Below are positions 1 to 8,543 of a stretch of 64,000 bases of DNA, in pieces. Made by a program: the position numbers and the translations under genes. Position 1 is the stretch's first letter. Each line of letters begins with the position of its first letter. A model generated the notes under the pieces. That model ran no database searches. It saw only the letters and a program-made list of their open reading frames with translations, and was not told where the DNA came from. Source of the stretch: an uncultured Ignavibacteriaceae bacterium (GTDB taxonomy: Bacteria; Zixibacteria; MSB-5A5; GN15; PGXB01); assembly GCA_964459465.1 (NCBI GenBank), contig CAYWLR010000001.1, positions 35,866 through 99,865 of the forward strand. The letters are read 5' to 3'.

Positions 1-1
1 T

Positions 2-1069
2 CTGATGGGCATCCTTTTGCTCTCACCGTTTACATACCGGCCATTGCGATACACTCTTTTTCTGTTTATACCGCTGTCGGCCATTGGCGCCAGCGCCGTT
101 GCGATGCTGTTTGGGAAATTGCGGGTTTCTCCGGAGAAAATCCTTCTCACGACGCCGGTTGTCTTTATAATCATCCTGTATCTTACCATGCAGATAAAAA
201 TGACTACCGTTCCCGGCGGTCAGGCACTTGCCGCGGCGGAACGCTTTTTATTCCCGGGCATCCTGATAGCCATGGGCGCGACCGCCGTCTTGTTGTTGGC
301 CCTGTACAAATTCCCCGATCGATACAAATCGATAATAATATCGGCTATTACCATTGTCTTGCTGGCGGCGACCATTATTTTTCAGGGACGGCTGATCTAT
401 CGCGGCCTGTCCGAACCGGGACCGTATCTTCGCGATATCGGCCGGGAAGTGGCGCAAATTACCGGACCCGAAGCCGTTCTGACGGGGCCTTATGCTCCGG
501 CCTTCACCATCGATAACAACCTGAAGGCGGTAATTTATGTTTTCGGTCTGCCCGACGTCGAACACGACCTGTTCGATAAATTCCCCATCACCCATCTGGC
601 CGCCGATTACAGCAACTGGCAGGCGGCACTCCGGACGCATCCCTTCCTTGCCGATGCCTTGCGGCTCAATCGCTTTCGCGTCCGCGATGGCACCGTCGAT
701 TTGTACCGCGTTCCTAAAGCGAATACGCCGTTGACCGACTTCGAGCGCTTTGTCCGGGATTTCGAGGCGAAAATTTATGATTCCGTTTTGCACTATAACA
801 CGGAATTTTGTGAAGCCCACCAGGATAATCTGGCAGGGCAGTTTAACTTAATCATTAACCACCTTACCTTCGGCAAAACGGAGCACGCCCTGAAAGGGCT
901 GGAAACACTGGCGGCTTTATATCCCGATAATTATCGTGCCACCGCCTTTGCGTCCCAATGCTATAAAGTCCTCGCCGGGCAGTTGAACAAACCGGAATAT
1001 GACACGTTAGGCGAATCCTTTTTCGAGCGATCCCAAAAAATTAATCCGAGCCTGAAACGGGTCCGGTAA
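2..1069 (+). CDS. Polytopic membrane protein with C-terminal soluble and TPR-like region; 5' end cut by the window edge (GT-C-like layout)
   Basis: The frame is open to the left edge. Several hydrophobic helices are followed by a soluble domain and a helical repeat (YPDNYRATAFASQCYKVL). The layout matches CDS 55651-57519. Confidence 0.6.
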   Translation: MMGILLLSPFTYRPLRYTLFLFIPLSAIGASAVAMLFGKLRVSPEKILLTTPVVFIIILYLTMQIKMTTVPGGQALAAAERFLFPGILIAMGATAVLLLALYKFPDRYKSIIISAITIVLLAATIIFQGRLIYRGLSEPGPYLRDIGREVAQITGPEAVLTGPYAPAFTIDNNLKAVIYVFGLPDVEHDLFDKFPITHLAADYSNWQAALRTHPFLADALRLNRFRVRDGTVDLYRVPKANTPLTDFERFVRDFEAKIYDSVLHYNTEFCEAHQDNLAGQFNLIINHLTFGKTEHALKGLETLAALYPDNYRATAFASQCYKVLAGQLNKPEYDTLGESFFERSQKINPSLKRVR

Positions 1070-1073
1070 TCGA

Positions 1074-1655
1074 CTATTCCACTCCTTTATAGTACCAGTG
1101 CCACGGCTCCCACCGAATCTGTCCGGCTGAATCAATCGGGAAGCTTTCAACGAAACCGAATTGTGCGGCGTTTGCTTTGAGCCAGCCATAGGCTTTGCTC
1201 TTCCCGAATTGACCTTTGTCCCCGACCAGGTCAAAGGCCCGGCCGGTGTGGTGCTCGCTGAATCCGGGAGGAGCGATTCGCTCGGCGACTCGTGTAAAAG
1301 CAGTACCGTCGGCCATGTATTTTTTATACAAGCCGGTCTGATAGGCAATCGAACGATAGCCGGACTTGACTTTGAAAAAGATTGAATCAACGGCTGCTTT
1401 TCGGGCCATTTTGACAAAGGCCTGTCCGGCCTCTTTTTTGACGTATATGCTAAAACCGTTGGAGCACAAATCCGCTGGCAGACGCATGAAATCACCGGAG
1501 CGCGGAATCAGGGCGGTATCGATGGCCCGGTCGCACCACCACGAAGGAACTTCATAAAAAACGGTATCGATTCGCACCTTATGCGGGCAGTCACCGGCGT
1601 ATGCTAAACCGACCGATAGAAACAATCCAAGTATTAAAATAGTACTTTTCATCAA
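1074..1655 (-). CDS. D-alanyl-D-alanine carboxypeptidase, peptidase M15B (VanY-like), secreted
   Basis: N-terminal signal peptide (MMKSTILILGLFLSVGLAYA). M15 zinc-peptidase motifs SGYRSIAYQ, SEHHTGRAFD and EPWHW are present. Confidence 0.85.
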   Translation of the reverse strand: MMKSTILILGLFLSVGLAYAGDCPHKVRIDTVFYEVPSWWCDRAIDTALIPRSGDFMRLPADLCSNGFSIYVKKEAGQAFVKMARKAAVDSIFFKVKSGYRSIAYQTGLYKKYMADGTAFTRVAERIAPPGFSEHHTGRAFDLVGDKGQFGKSKAYGWLKANAAQFGFVESFPIDSAGQIRWEPWHWYYKGVE

Positions 1656-2128
1656 CCGGCGTAATGTAAGCCACTGTTGGTCGAAGTCAAAATATTATTG
1701 TCGGAATTTATGGCGGCGGCCGACACTTCGGCGATAAACAGAATGTGATTACCGACCTCGAGCCTGTTTATGACTTTGCAGTCGAGATATCCGGCCGCGC
1801 CGTTTAGAATCGGGGAACCGGTTGCCGGAGCGTCCGTAAGAGTAATACCGTCGAGTTTTTTATAACCCGATTCGGCCGGGCCATAGAAAGTCTTGGCAAA
1901 TTCCTTCTGTCCTTCGGAAATCAGATTGACCGCGAAGACGCCCGCTTCGGTGATCAGTCGTGACGATTGATGTTTATTCTTGACCGCCAGCGCAATCAGC
2001 GGCGGTTCGGAACTCACCTGTGTTAGCCAGCTGGCAGTGAAGGCATTACCCGTCTGGCCCCGCCCCATGGTGACGATATAGACTCCGTACTCGAGTTTCT
2101 TCAAAACTTTTTCGATATCACGATTCAT
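1652..2128 (-). CDS. Flavin reductase-like FMN-binding split-barrel protein
   Basis: YIVT..G..NAFTASWLTQVSSEPPLIALAV..S..LI pattern typical of the flavin reductase domain. Its end overlaps the downstream VanY-like start by 4 nt. Confidence 0.8.
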   Translation of the reverse strand: MNRDIEKVLKKLEYGVYIVTMGRGQTGNAFTASWLTQVSSEPPLIALAVKNKHQSSRLITEAGVFAVNLISEGQKEFAKTFYGPAESGYKKLDGITLTDAPATGSPILNGAAGYLDCKVINRLEVGNHILFIAEVSAAAINSDNNILTSTNSGLHYAG

Positions 2129-2283
2129 GGCTTTCTCCTTAGTTTGCCTTATGCATCTTTTTCAATGACGATTTATATCCATAAACCGTGATGGGACTAT
2201 TATGTTCCTGTGACAAAAACGTCGCCGGTCGCCGGGAATTAACCGACTTCGGATTTCCTGGCGGACAACTCTCGAAAGCGGCA

Positions 2284-2745
2284 TCATTTACGAATATTCA
2301 TGCGATAAACAATTTCGTTGCTTTTCATTTCGCCTGTTGCGGCAAAGCCGAGGCCGGTGGCCATGTTGATAACCTTCTGATTATCGGGAAGACACGATAT
2401 GCCAAGAACCCGGCAATTAATCAGTTTATGCCGAACCAATTCGATGACGGCGATGATGGCCCCTTTGGCGTGGCCCAGGCCCTGATGCTTTTTATCTATG
2501 ATCGCGCCCGATAACCAGTAATCATCGGTGCTGCCCGGATCGTAGATAATCATGATAAAGCCGATCGGCTGGTTTTCGTAGTACACCGCCTTGGGCATAT
2601 ACGTGTACTGCGGGCCGTCGATGCGCAAAAAAGCCCGCGCCAGCGACTCGGCCGCGGATGGACCAAGGTCTTCCTGACCGGGACCGACCTCAAGCCCCAG
2701 CACGGCCTTGAAATTATCTTTGGTGATATCGCGTAACGTTATCAT
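2284..2745 (-). CDS. GNAT family N-acetyltransferase
   Basis: About 150 aa. Acetyl-CoA binding region ..IIDKKHQGLGHAKGAI.. (Q/RxxGxG/A type) and overall GNAT length and pattern. Confidence 0.8.
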   Translation of the reverse strand: MITLRDITKDNFKAVLGLEVGPGQEDLGPSAAESLARAFLRIDGPQYTYMPKAVYYENQPIGFIMIIYDPGSTDDYWLSGAIIDKKHQGLGHAKGAIIAVIELVRHKLINCRVLGISCLPDNQKVINMATGLGFAATGEMKSNEIVYRMNIRK

Positions 2746-2843
2746 GGCCCTTCCCCGAAAATATTATACCTTCAAATATAAATTAGGTTCGAGCGGCCAA
2801 AGTGTCAAAGAAAACGTCGTCCCCGGATGGGCAATTGCCGCCC

Positions 2844-2880
2844 AAAAAAATTCGGCGGGAGAACTTTAGTTCTCCCGCCG
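2844..2880 (-). terminator. Intrinsic terminator (minus strand)
   Basis: Perfect 12-bp stem CGGCGGGAGAAC/GTTCTCCCGCCG (2853-2864 / 2869-2880) with a 4-nt loop. On the minus strand it is followed by a U-run (plus-strand A-run 2844-2850). Confidence 0.75.
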
Positions 2881-3135
2881 GTTACTGCCGATATTCCGGT
2901 ATTTTGCCTGCGGACGGTGCGGTGTAATGTCGTCGTAAAGCGCAATACTGAAATCATAGAACATCAGGCAGCGAAAATTTTACGCGGCCGGACAGGCCAG
3001 TCGCACGCAAGCCACAACCATTTCCGGCGCCTGAAGGAATCGTGCTCCGATATAAAATTTGTTTTACATCTCTTATCTTTGCAGACGGGTATTGTCGAGC
3101 AGAACCAATGCAAGTATCCCGCAATCTGTTTATGC
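2845..3135 (-). ncRNA. Candidate non-coding transcript or cis-regulatory leader of unknown class
   Basis: Bounded by a consensus sigma70-type promoter (3142-3170) and the strong terminator at 2844-2880. There is no minus-strand ORF of 60 aa or more and no SD-preceded small ORF. I recognised no class-defining motif. Confidence 0.35.
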
Positions 3136-3141
3136 GTTTCT

Positions 3142-3170
3142 ATTATATATTATGCCCCCGGAATTGTCAA
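3142..3170 (-). promoter_or_regulatory. Sigma70-type promoter TTGACA-N17-TATAAT (minus strand)
   Basis: Plus-strand tgtcaa at 3165-3170 and attata at 3142-3147, giving exact consensus hexamers with a 17-nt spacer on the minus strand. Confidence 0.5.
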
Positions 3171-3209
3171 GTATTGTCAGTGCGGGATCTTTCGTATTCT
3201 TGACGGGGG

Positions 3210-4124
3210 TTACTCAAAGGCCCGGCGGTTCTTTTTCAGACCTTCCAGGCCGGCCCGCGACAGGGGGGTCCCCCCTAACAAGGTATTGAACCGGTCGGGA
3301 TCCAATTCGTCGATTTTATCCTCGTCAATCAGGGCGATATTTTTGTCCGGCGCCAGCGCGGGCAATTTCCCGGGCTTCTGAAACCGGTTGAAAGGGCAGG
3401 CGTCAAGACATATATCACACCCGAAAACCCAGCCGTCCATTCGACCGGCAATCTTTTCGGGAATTTCGGCAGCCTTTGATTCAATCGTCCAGTAGCTAAT
3501 GCAACGGGTGGCGTCGAGGCGATATGGCTCAAACAGCGCTCCGGTCGGGCAGGCTTCGATACATCGGCGGCAACGGCCGCAGTGATCTATGCCGGGCCGA
3601 TCATAAGCATCGACATCTTCGGTAATTATAAGACTGCCCAGCAAAAGCCAGCTCCCGAATGTGCGCGAGACAAGGTTGGTATGTTTACCCTGCCAGCCCA
3701 GCCCGGCTTTCTGCGCCCAGTATTTATCCATAAATGGGGCGGTATCGACACAGATTCGCCCCCCAAGTCCCGGCGCATGTCCTTTTAAAAATGAGCGCAG
3801 TCGCTTGAGCAATTTGCGAAGAATCTGATGATAATCATTCCGCTTTGCATAGCGAGCCACTTTTAAACGCCTCGCGGGTCGGCGCGGCTCATTCTGCCAG
3901 TAATTGACGCCGATGACAATTATCGATTTGGCGCCGGGCAGTAATTTGCAGGGGTCGAATCGTTGCGATTGATATTTATGCAAATAGTCCATTTCCCCGG
4001 CATAACCCGCGTCCAGCCAGGTCAGAAATTCATCGCGCCGCTCCACCGCAGCGGGTCGGACCAATCCGACCGCGTCGGCGCCCAGTTCGCTCGCAATTTT
4101 TTTTATCAGGTTCGCTGAAATCAT
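3210..4124 (-). CDS. queG: tRNA epoxyqueuosine(34) reductase
   Basis: Characteristic CGRCRRCIEACPTGAL and GCDICLDACPFN ferredoxin-type clusters, CISYWTIE, and a QueG-like N-terminus (IKKIASELGADAVG). Confidence 0.9.
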   Translation of the reverse strand: MISANLIKKIASELGADAVGLVRPAAVERRDEFLTWLDAGYAGEMDYLHKYQSQRFDPCKLLPGAKSIIVIGVNYWQNEPRRPARRLKVARYAKRNDYHQILRKLLKRLRSFLKGHAPGLGGRICVDTAPFMDKYWAQKAGLGWQGKHTNLVSRTFGSWLLLGSLIITEDVDAYDRPGIDHCGRCRRCIEACPTGALFEPYRLDATRCISYWTIESKAAEIPEKIAGRMDGWVFGCDICLDACPFNRFQKPGKLPALAPDKNIALIDEDKIDELDPDRFNTLLGGTPLSRAGLEGLKKNRRAFE

Positions 4125-4174
4125 AAAAACAGGCCCGGCTTGTTATTGGACACCATAATAACATATCCGGGCCT
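4125..4174 (-). terminator. Hairpin plus U-run downstream of CDS 4198-5619 (minus strand)
   Basis: AGGCCCGG...CCGGGCCT outer stem with inner TGTTATT/AATAACA pairing (4131-4174). On the minus strand it is followed by GTTTTT, which runs into the queG ATG. Confidence 0.5.
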
Positions 4175-4197
4175 GCTCGGCAATCGCCGGTTTGAAT

Positions 4198-5619
4198 TTA
4201 TTGGGGACAGTCAAGCGCCGGGCCATTATCATAGATAAACGATATCATGGCCAGAATATCGAGCAGGTTCAAATCACCGCTGTTATTAACGTCGGCCGCC
4301 TCCGGTATCGCCGGCGATGGCCCCTGACCATAAATATCATCGATTAAAAATAATATATCGAGCAGATTGACATTGCCATCGCTGTTGGCGTCACCGCATA
4401 AAAAACCGCAGACCGGGGCGACCCCGTCGGGGACAATTTTAAAAACTTCGCCGTCGAACAGGTCGCATATGTACAGTTCCCCATGGGCGTCTTCACCGAA
4501 GGAAACAATGCCGCCGACGTCCAGGCCGCCGCCGGGAGCAAGTTCGGCACTGCGTTCGGCATACTCCGTTACGGTTATTCCGTCATATAGAAAAGTCCAG
4601 ATATTACCCGAACAGTAATCGGCAAAGAAATAGGTCCCCTGAAGGTCGGGGATGGCGCACCCGCGATAAACATAGCCGCCGGTCACGGAGCATCCCAGGC
4701 TATGGCTGTATTCAGTGACCGGAAATTGATAGGCCGACGGCGCAGAACAATCGGTAGTATTGTATTCGTGGTTGCCTTCATAGCAGCGCCAGCCGTAATT
4801 TATACCGCCCGGACCAGAGGCCGGTTCATAGTCAATTTCTTCCCAATCCCCCTGACCGACGTCTCCGATATACATGTCGCCGGTGGCTCGGTCGAAACTG
4901 TAACGCCAGGGATTGCGCAAGCCTTTGGCCCAGATTTCACCCAGAACCGAGGGTGAACCACTAAACGGGTTATCGGGCGGTATGGTATAGGGATTGCCGC
5001 CGTCAACGTCGATCCTTAGAATTTTGCCCAGCAGGGTGTTGTCGGACTGGGCGCGGTCGCCGGGGTCGCCGCCGGAGCCGCCATCGCCCAGACTGATATA
5101 CAAATAGCCATCGTTGGGCCCGAACGCCAGCATGCCGCCGTTATGGTTGGAAAAGGGCTGATCGACGAAAAGGATATTGAATTCGCTGGAGACGTCGGCG
5201 CTGTCCGGGTCGGATGAGACACGGAAGCGCGATACGCGGGTATCGCCGTTATTGTCCGTGTAGTTAACATAGAAATAGCCGTTGGATGAATATTGCGGGT
5301 GAAAAGCCAGCCCCAGAAGACCCTGCTCGTTGCCGATGGAACGAACTATCGCCGAAACATCAAGAAATGGCCGGGATAACACCGTCCCGCCTTTGAGAAT
5401 TTTAATGCGGCCGTCCTGTTCGACGATAAAAAGCCGCTCGGTATCGCCGGGGGCGGCGCAGACGAAAACCGGGCGGGTCAGACCGTCGGCCACGCGAATT
5501 GTCGTAAGAGGCGTGGCGTTGGGTGCGGCCGAAAGACAGGTCGCCAAAAGGACGACAAATACAAACATGAGAAAACCCGCCTTTGCCGCAGTATGGGCCC
5601 GATGGAATTTTTCAGCCAT
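4198..5619 (-). CDS. PQQ-dependent sugar dehydrogenase-like (SGDH beta-propeller) secreted protein with C-terminal dockerin-like module
   Basis: LLGLAFHP, NHNGGMLAFGP.DGYLYISLGDGGSGGDP and GLRNPWR motifs of soluble glucose/sorbosone dehydrogenases. N-terminal signal peptide and a C-terminal twin dockerin-like repeat. Confidence 0.85.
   Translation of the reverse strand: MAEKFHRAHTAAKAGFLMFVFVVLLATCLSAAPNATPLTTIRVADGLTRPVFVCAAPGDTERLFIVEQDGRIKILKGGTVLSRPFLDVSAIVRSIGNEQGLLGLAFHPQYSSNGYFYVNYTDNNGDTRVSRFRVSSDPDSADVSSEFNILFVDQPFSNHNGGMLAFGPNDGYLYISLGDGGSGGDPGDRAQSDNTLLGKILRIDVDGGNPYTIPPDNPFSGSPSVLGEIWAKGLRNPWRYSFDRATGDMYIGDVGQGDWEEIDYEPASGPGGINYGWRCYEGNHEYNTTDCSAPSAYQFPVTEYSHSLGCSVTGGYVYRGCAIPDLQGTYFFADYCSGNIWTFLYDGITVTEYAERSAELAPGGGLDVGGIVSFGEDAHGELYICDLFDGEVFKIVPDGVAPVCGFLCGDANSDGNVNLLDILFLIDDIYGQGPSPAIPEAADVNNSGDLNLLDILAMISFIYDNGPALDCPQ
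4201..4398 (-). other. Dockerin-like twin EF-hand module (C-terminal)
   Basis: CGDANSDGNVNLLDILFLIDDIYGQGPSPAIPEAADVNNSGDLNLLDILAMISFIYDNGPALDCPQ. Confidence 0.8.
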
Positions 5620-5721
5620 GTCAAATTCCGCCTGTGTTTAAAGGTGCACGGTTTGATTATAATGTGGACGTTAAATGTCCATTATATTGGTAATACGGAA
5701 AAGACCCGGGATTTTGGAAAT

Positions 5722-5753
5722 AAAAAAACCCGGGGCCCTCCGGGCTCCGGGTT
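5722..5753 (-). terminator. Intrinsic terminator after CDS 5774-7372 (minus strand)
   Basis: GC-rich hairpin ACCCGG...CCGGGT (5728-5753) followed on the minus strand by a 7-nt U-run (plus-strand A-run 5722-5728). Confidence 0.6.
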
Positions 5754-5773
5754 TAATTCGAATTTCAATTCGA

Positions 5774-7372
5774 TTATTTCAAAACCACCATTTTCTTTTT
5801 GGCGACATTGTCACCGGCGGCCAATCGATAAAAATATACCCCACTGGCCACCGTGCGCCCGTCACCGTCATCACCGTTCCAGTCGACACTGTGATAACCC
5901 GGTTGCATGGGCTGATCGAGCAGAGTGGTCACCTTCTGCCCCAGGATATTGAAAACATCAAGTCGTACATGAGCTTCAATGGGCAAATCGAACCTGATGG
6001 TCGTGGTCGGATTGAAAGGATTAGGATAATTCTGGTGCAGGGCGAAGCTTTTTGGCAATAGCTCGCCCAGCTGGCCGGTAAGGTAGGCCTCGGTTCCGAT
6101 GACGATTTGAGCGCTTTTTATTTCGTTTTTCAGTATAATTTCGCCGCCGTTAACCGGTGAAATATGGTTTTCATCGTCGAAAATCAGCCACGCCTGCATA
6201 CCGTCGGGAATCTGATCCAGACCGGCAATTTTCAGGACCCGGTTTTCGCCGCCTGAAAATATCAGATTCCAGGTCGCACCGTCGATAAAAGGCGCCCGGT
6301 AATCGGCGGTGAAGGCCGGTTTTTCATCCTTAACCCGAAGCGCCAGCATGGGCATGCCCGGCGCCGCCGGTGGCTTGAGCATATCGGTTTGATCAAATCC
6401 CGGTTGCGCGGCATGGCGCACTCCGATATAACCGTTATCCACCCCGGAACCATCCGTCAACGTCAGACTTATCGTCCAGTCATATTCCGAAGATGCGGCC
6501 AATATATCATTCTGCCTTTGCGGCGGGGCCTTGGTTACCGGAATATAGGGGAAGACCGGCTTTACGCCCGCTGTGGTAACATAGACAAAGAAGCCTTCCC
6601 AGGCCGGGATAACAGCGCTATGGTCCCAGGTTCCGTTATTATAATAATAGTGGTTTCCGCCCTGCACGACACCGCTCAAAGCGCCCTGAATCGTGCCGCC
6701 GGACTGGTAGAGTATTTGGCTGAACAAAATGTTAAAATCAAAAGGATTGGCCAGTTGATTCCAGCCAAGAGCCAACGTCAATTCCGGCGAATCCGAAATA
6801 TAATAATCGTGTCCGGCATGATTCGTATTGGGCGTTACCGCAAAGCCAGTGGCATCGATAGTCTTCGAGCCGCGCGCAATCAGCCAGTAGCCGATACCGG
6901 GGACAAATTCAGGAATTGTGCCGGATCCTCCGTATTCATAAGTGGCGTCATCGCCATTATCATAACGCCCAAACCGCCACTGTTTGATATTGTAGGCTCC
7001 GAGGTCATCGACCAGAACGGTATTGGCGTCGTTGCCGCCTATTACATGCACGGGAACTCCGATAATTTTATATGCGGCATCCGGCAGGGCAGTCGGTTTT
7101 TGAAAACTGGTTGCTTCGAGCCTGAAGGCGCTGGCAATGACGCCGCCCTTGCCGATGTAGCTTGTCGATGCCGACAATCCCATCGGCCCGCCGCCGATCG
7201 TTCCGACCACTTTGGAAGCCGCCGCTGTGCTGATGCCGCCGCCGCCAACATAATGCAGAGGCCAGACTTTGTAATCGTCGCTTAGCGGCGGTTGAGTCTG
7301 TGCGGAAGCCGAGGCAGTCAGCAGGCAGGCGAGCGCGGCCAATAAATATACACCGTATTTTATTGGTCTCAT
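5774..7372 (-). CDS. Secreted protein of unknown function with a T9SS type-A C-terminal sorting domain
   Basis: Start chosen at MRPIKYGVYLLAALACLLTASASAQ (signal peptide), 1 nt after the upstream stop. The C-terminus LHQNYPNPFNPTTTIRFDLP...VFNILGQKV...GVYFYRL... is the classic Por secretion tail pattern. Confidence 0.8.
   Translation of the reverse strand: MRPIKYGVYLLAALACLLTASASAQTQPPLSDDYKVWPLHYVGGGGISTAAASKVVGTIGGGPMGLSASTSYIGKGGVIASAFRLEATSFQKPTALPDAAYKIIGVPVHVIGGNDANTVLVDDLGAYNIKQWRFGRYDNGDDATYEYGGSGTIPEFVPGIGYWLIARGSKTIDATGFAVTPNTNHAGHDYYISDSPELTLALGWNQLANPFDFNILFSQILYQSGGTIQGALSGVVQGGNHYYYNNGTWDHSAVIPAWEGFFVYVTTAGVKPVFPYIPVTKAPPQRQNDILAASSEYDWTISLTLTDGSGVDNGYIGVRHAAQPGFDQTDMLKPPAAPGMPMLALRVKDEKPAFTADYRAPFIDGATWNLIFSGGENRVLKIAGLDQIPDGMQAWLIFDDENHISPVNGGEIILKNEIKSAQIVIGTEAYLTGQLGELLPKSFALHQNYPNPFNPTTTIRFDLPIEAHVRLDVFNILGQKVTTLLDQPMQPGYHSVDWNGDDGDGRTVASGVYFYRLAAGDNVAKKKMVVLK
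5777..6046 (-). other. T9SS C-terminal sorting domain (type A)
   Basis: NYPNPFNP-TTI-F-LP ... V-I-D-LG--V ... G-Y-Y-L pattern read directly from the translation. Confidence 0.8.
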
Positions 7373-7373
7373 A

Positions 7374-8495
7374 CTATTCCTCCTGCATATTCTGCTTGGC
7401 TTCAAGAAGCTCTCTTTGCGCCTTTTCAGCTTCAAGCTGGGCCTTAATTGCTTTTAATTCCAATTCTCTTAAATCGACCTCATAAGCTGTGATTGGTTGC
7501 TGGTTTGGGTTAGCCGGATCAAAGGGTATCTCAACCACGCGCGCACTTTGAAAATCATCGGGATTTATGTCAGGTTCAATTGTTGAGATGGTACCATAGC
7601 TTGATGGCAAATAAATAAGAACTAATTTGGGATAATAAACATAAGCGTTTCCACCGGTCCAGCCGCGATTTGCATTCAAGTAATATGTTTGTGTTCCGGC
7701 CGATGCCACCGAGAATATTCGTTGTGCAACCATGGATCCCCATTGATAGACACCACTGGCCAGCGTTATATCCGCTCCGCCGAATGCCGTAAAATGTTGG
7801 CTTCCAGGTGTCGTCGTGGCCAATGCTTCTATACCTAGAATAATATTACCGAAGGCATTGCCGGTCGCCAAACCTCCGATTGCACCATACGCAAAGCCCA
7901 TGGCCAAAACATATCCGGCGGCTGGGGCATTAATGGAAGCAGACAAAATATTGGTAACACCCGTATTGGCGACCGTCACTCCTGATGTAACTCTCGTTTG
8001 AACAAGGCCCGATTCGTCAAGCATCTTCGCGGCGGTTATTGTGGCATCGGCAATATCGGCCGCAACAATAGTGCCGTTAACAATTTTGGCCGAGGTAATG
8101 CTATTATCAGGTACCGTTGTGGCCGTATTGGCGTATTCCGATGAGTAGGCATAAGGCGCGGATGTAATCAGTTGCCGCGGGGCAAGGGTTTGACCGCCGA
8201 CGACCATTTCCATATATAATTTCGGGCCGTCAAAATAGGTTCTGTTCATACTTGTCAGTTCCGTCGTAAAAATACCGTTGGCATCGGGAGATACGTTAAC
8301 TGTCCACGTTTGAACCGGTGAACCACCCGACAAAGCTTCATAAACTCGAAATGTGACACTGGTGGTATTCACTATCGGGTCCCCGCCCGCCGTGGTCAAG
8401 CGACCCTGATAGACAAATGAATTCGGCGCCTGGGCCATTGCCGTTACGGCCAGCACCAGCATCAAAATCGACGTAATAACAATTCCTTTTTTCAT
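7374..8495 (-). CDS. Secreted fibre-like protein with C-terminal coiled coil
   Basis: Start at MKKGIVITSILMLVLAVTAMAQA, preceded by AAGGA. The N-terminus FVYQGRLTTAGGDPI..TFRVY resembles tail-fibre-like surface proteins. It also has repeated ITSAKIV.GTIVAADIADATITAAKM segments and a heptad-like tail LELKAIKAQLEAEKAQRELLEAKQ. Confidence 0.7.
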   Translation of the reverse strand: MKKGIVITSILMLVLAVTAMAQAPNSFVYQGRLTTAGGDPIVNTTSVTFRVYEALSGGSPVQTWTVNVSPDANGIFTTELTSMNRTYFDGPKLYMEMVVGGQTLAPRQLITSAPYAYSSEYANTATTVPDNSITSAKIVNGTIVAADIADATITAAKMLDESGLVQTRVTSGVTVANTGVTNILSASINAPAAGYVLAMGFAYGAIGGLATGNAFGNIILGIEALATTTPGSQHFTAFGGADITLASGVYQWGSMVAQRIFSVASAGTQTYYLNANRGWTGGNAYVYYPKLVLIYLPSSYGTISTIEPDINPDDFQSARVVEIPFDPANPNQQPITAYEVDLRELELKAIKAQLEAEKAQRELLEAKQNMQEE

Positions 8496-8543
8496 CTTAC
8501 ATATCCTTTTAATCAGGTTAATCCTCAAGTTTATCAATTCAGT

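Noticed and set aside
2827-3381. A 184-aa plus-strand ORF spanning the GNAT-queG intergenic region and the queG 3' end.
   Set aside because: There is no RBS and no domain signature. It overlaps queG on the opposite strand and runs through the minus-strand promoter and terminator pair. The region is better explained as non-coding.
6389-7285. Long antisense or shadow ORFs of 200-336 aa opposite well-supported genes: 6389-7285(+), 15584-16372(-), 20046-20648(+), 37757-38461(-), 38675-39346(-), 41368-42156(-), 52116-52907(-), 54842-55630(-) and 59460-60470(-).
   Set aside because: Each lies entirely inside a gene with strong family motifs on the opposite strand. Their translations are low-complexity (Arg/Gly/Pro/Asp-rich) without recognisable domains. 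This is typical of frame-shadow ORFs.
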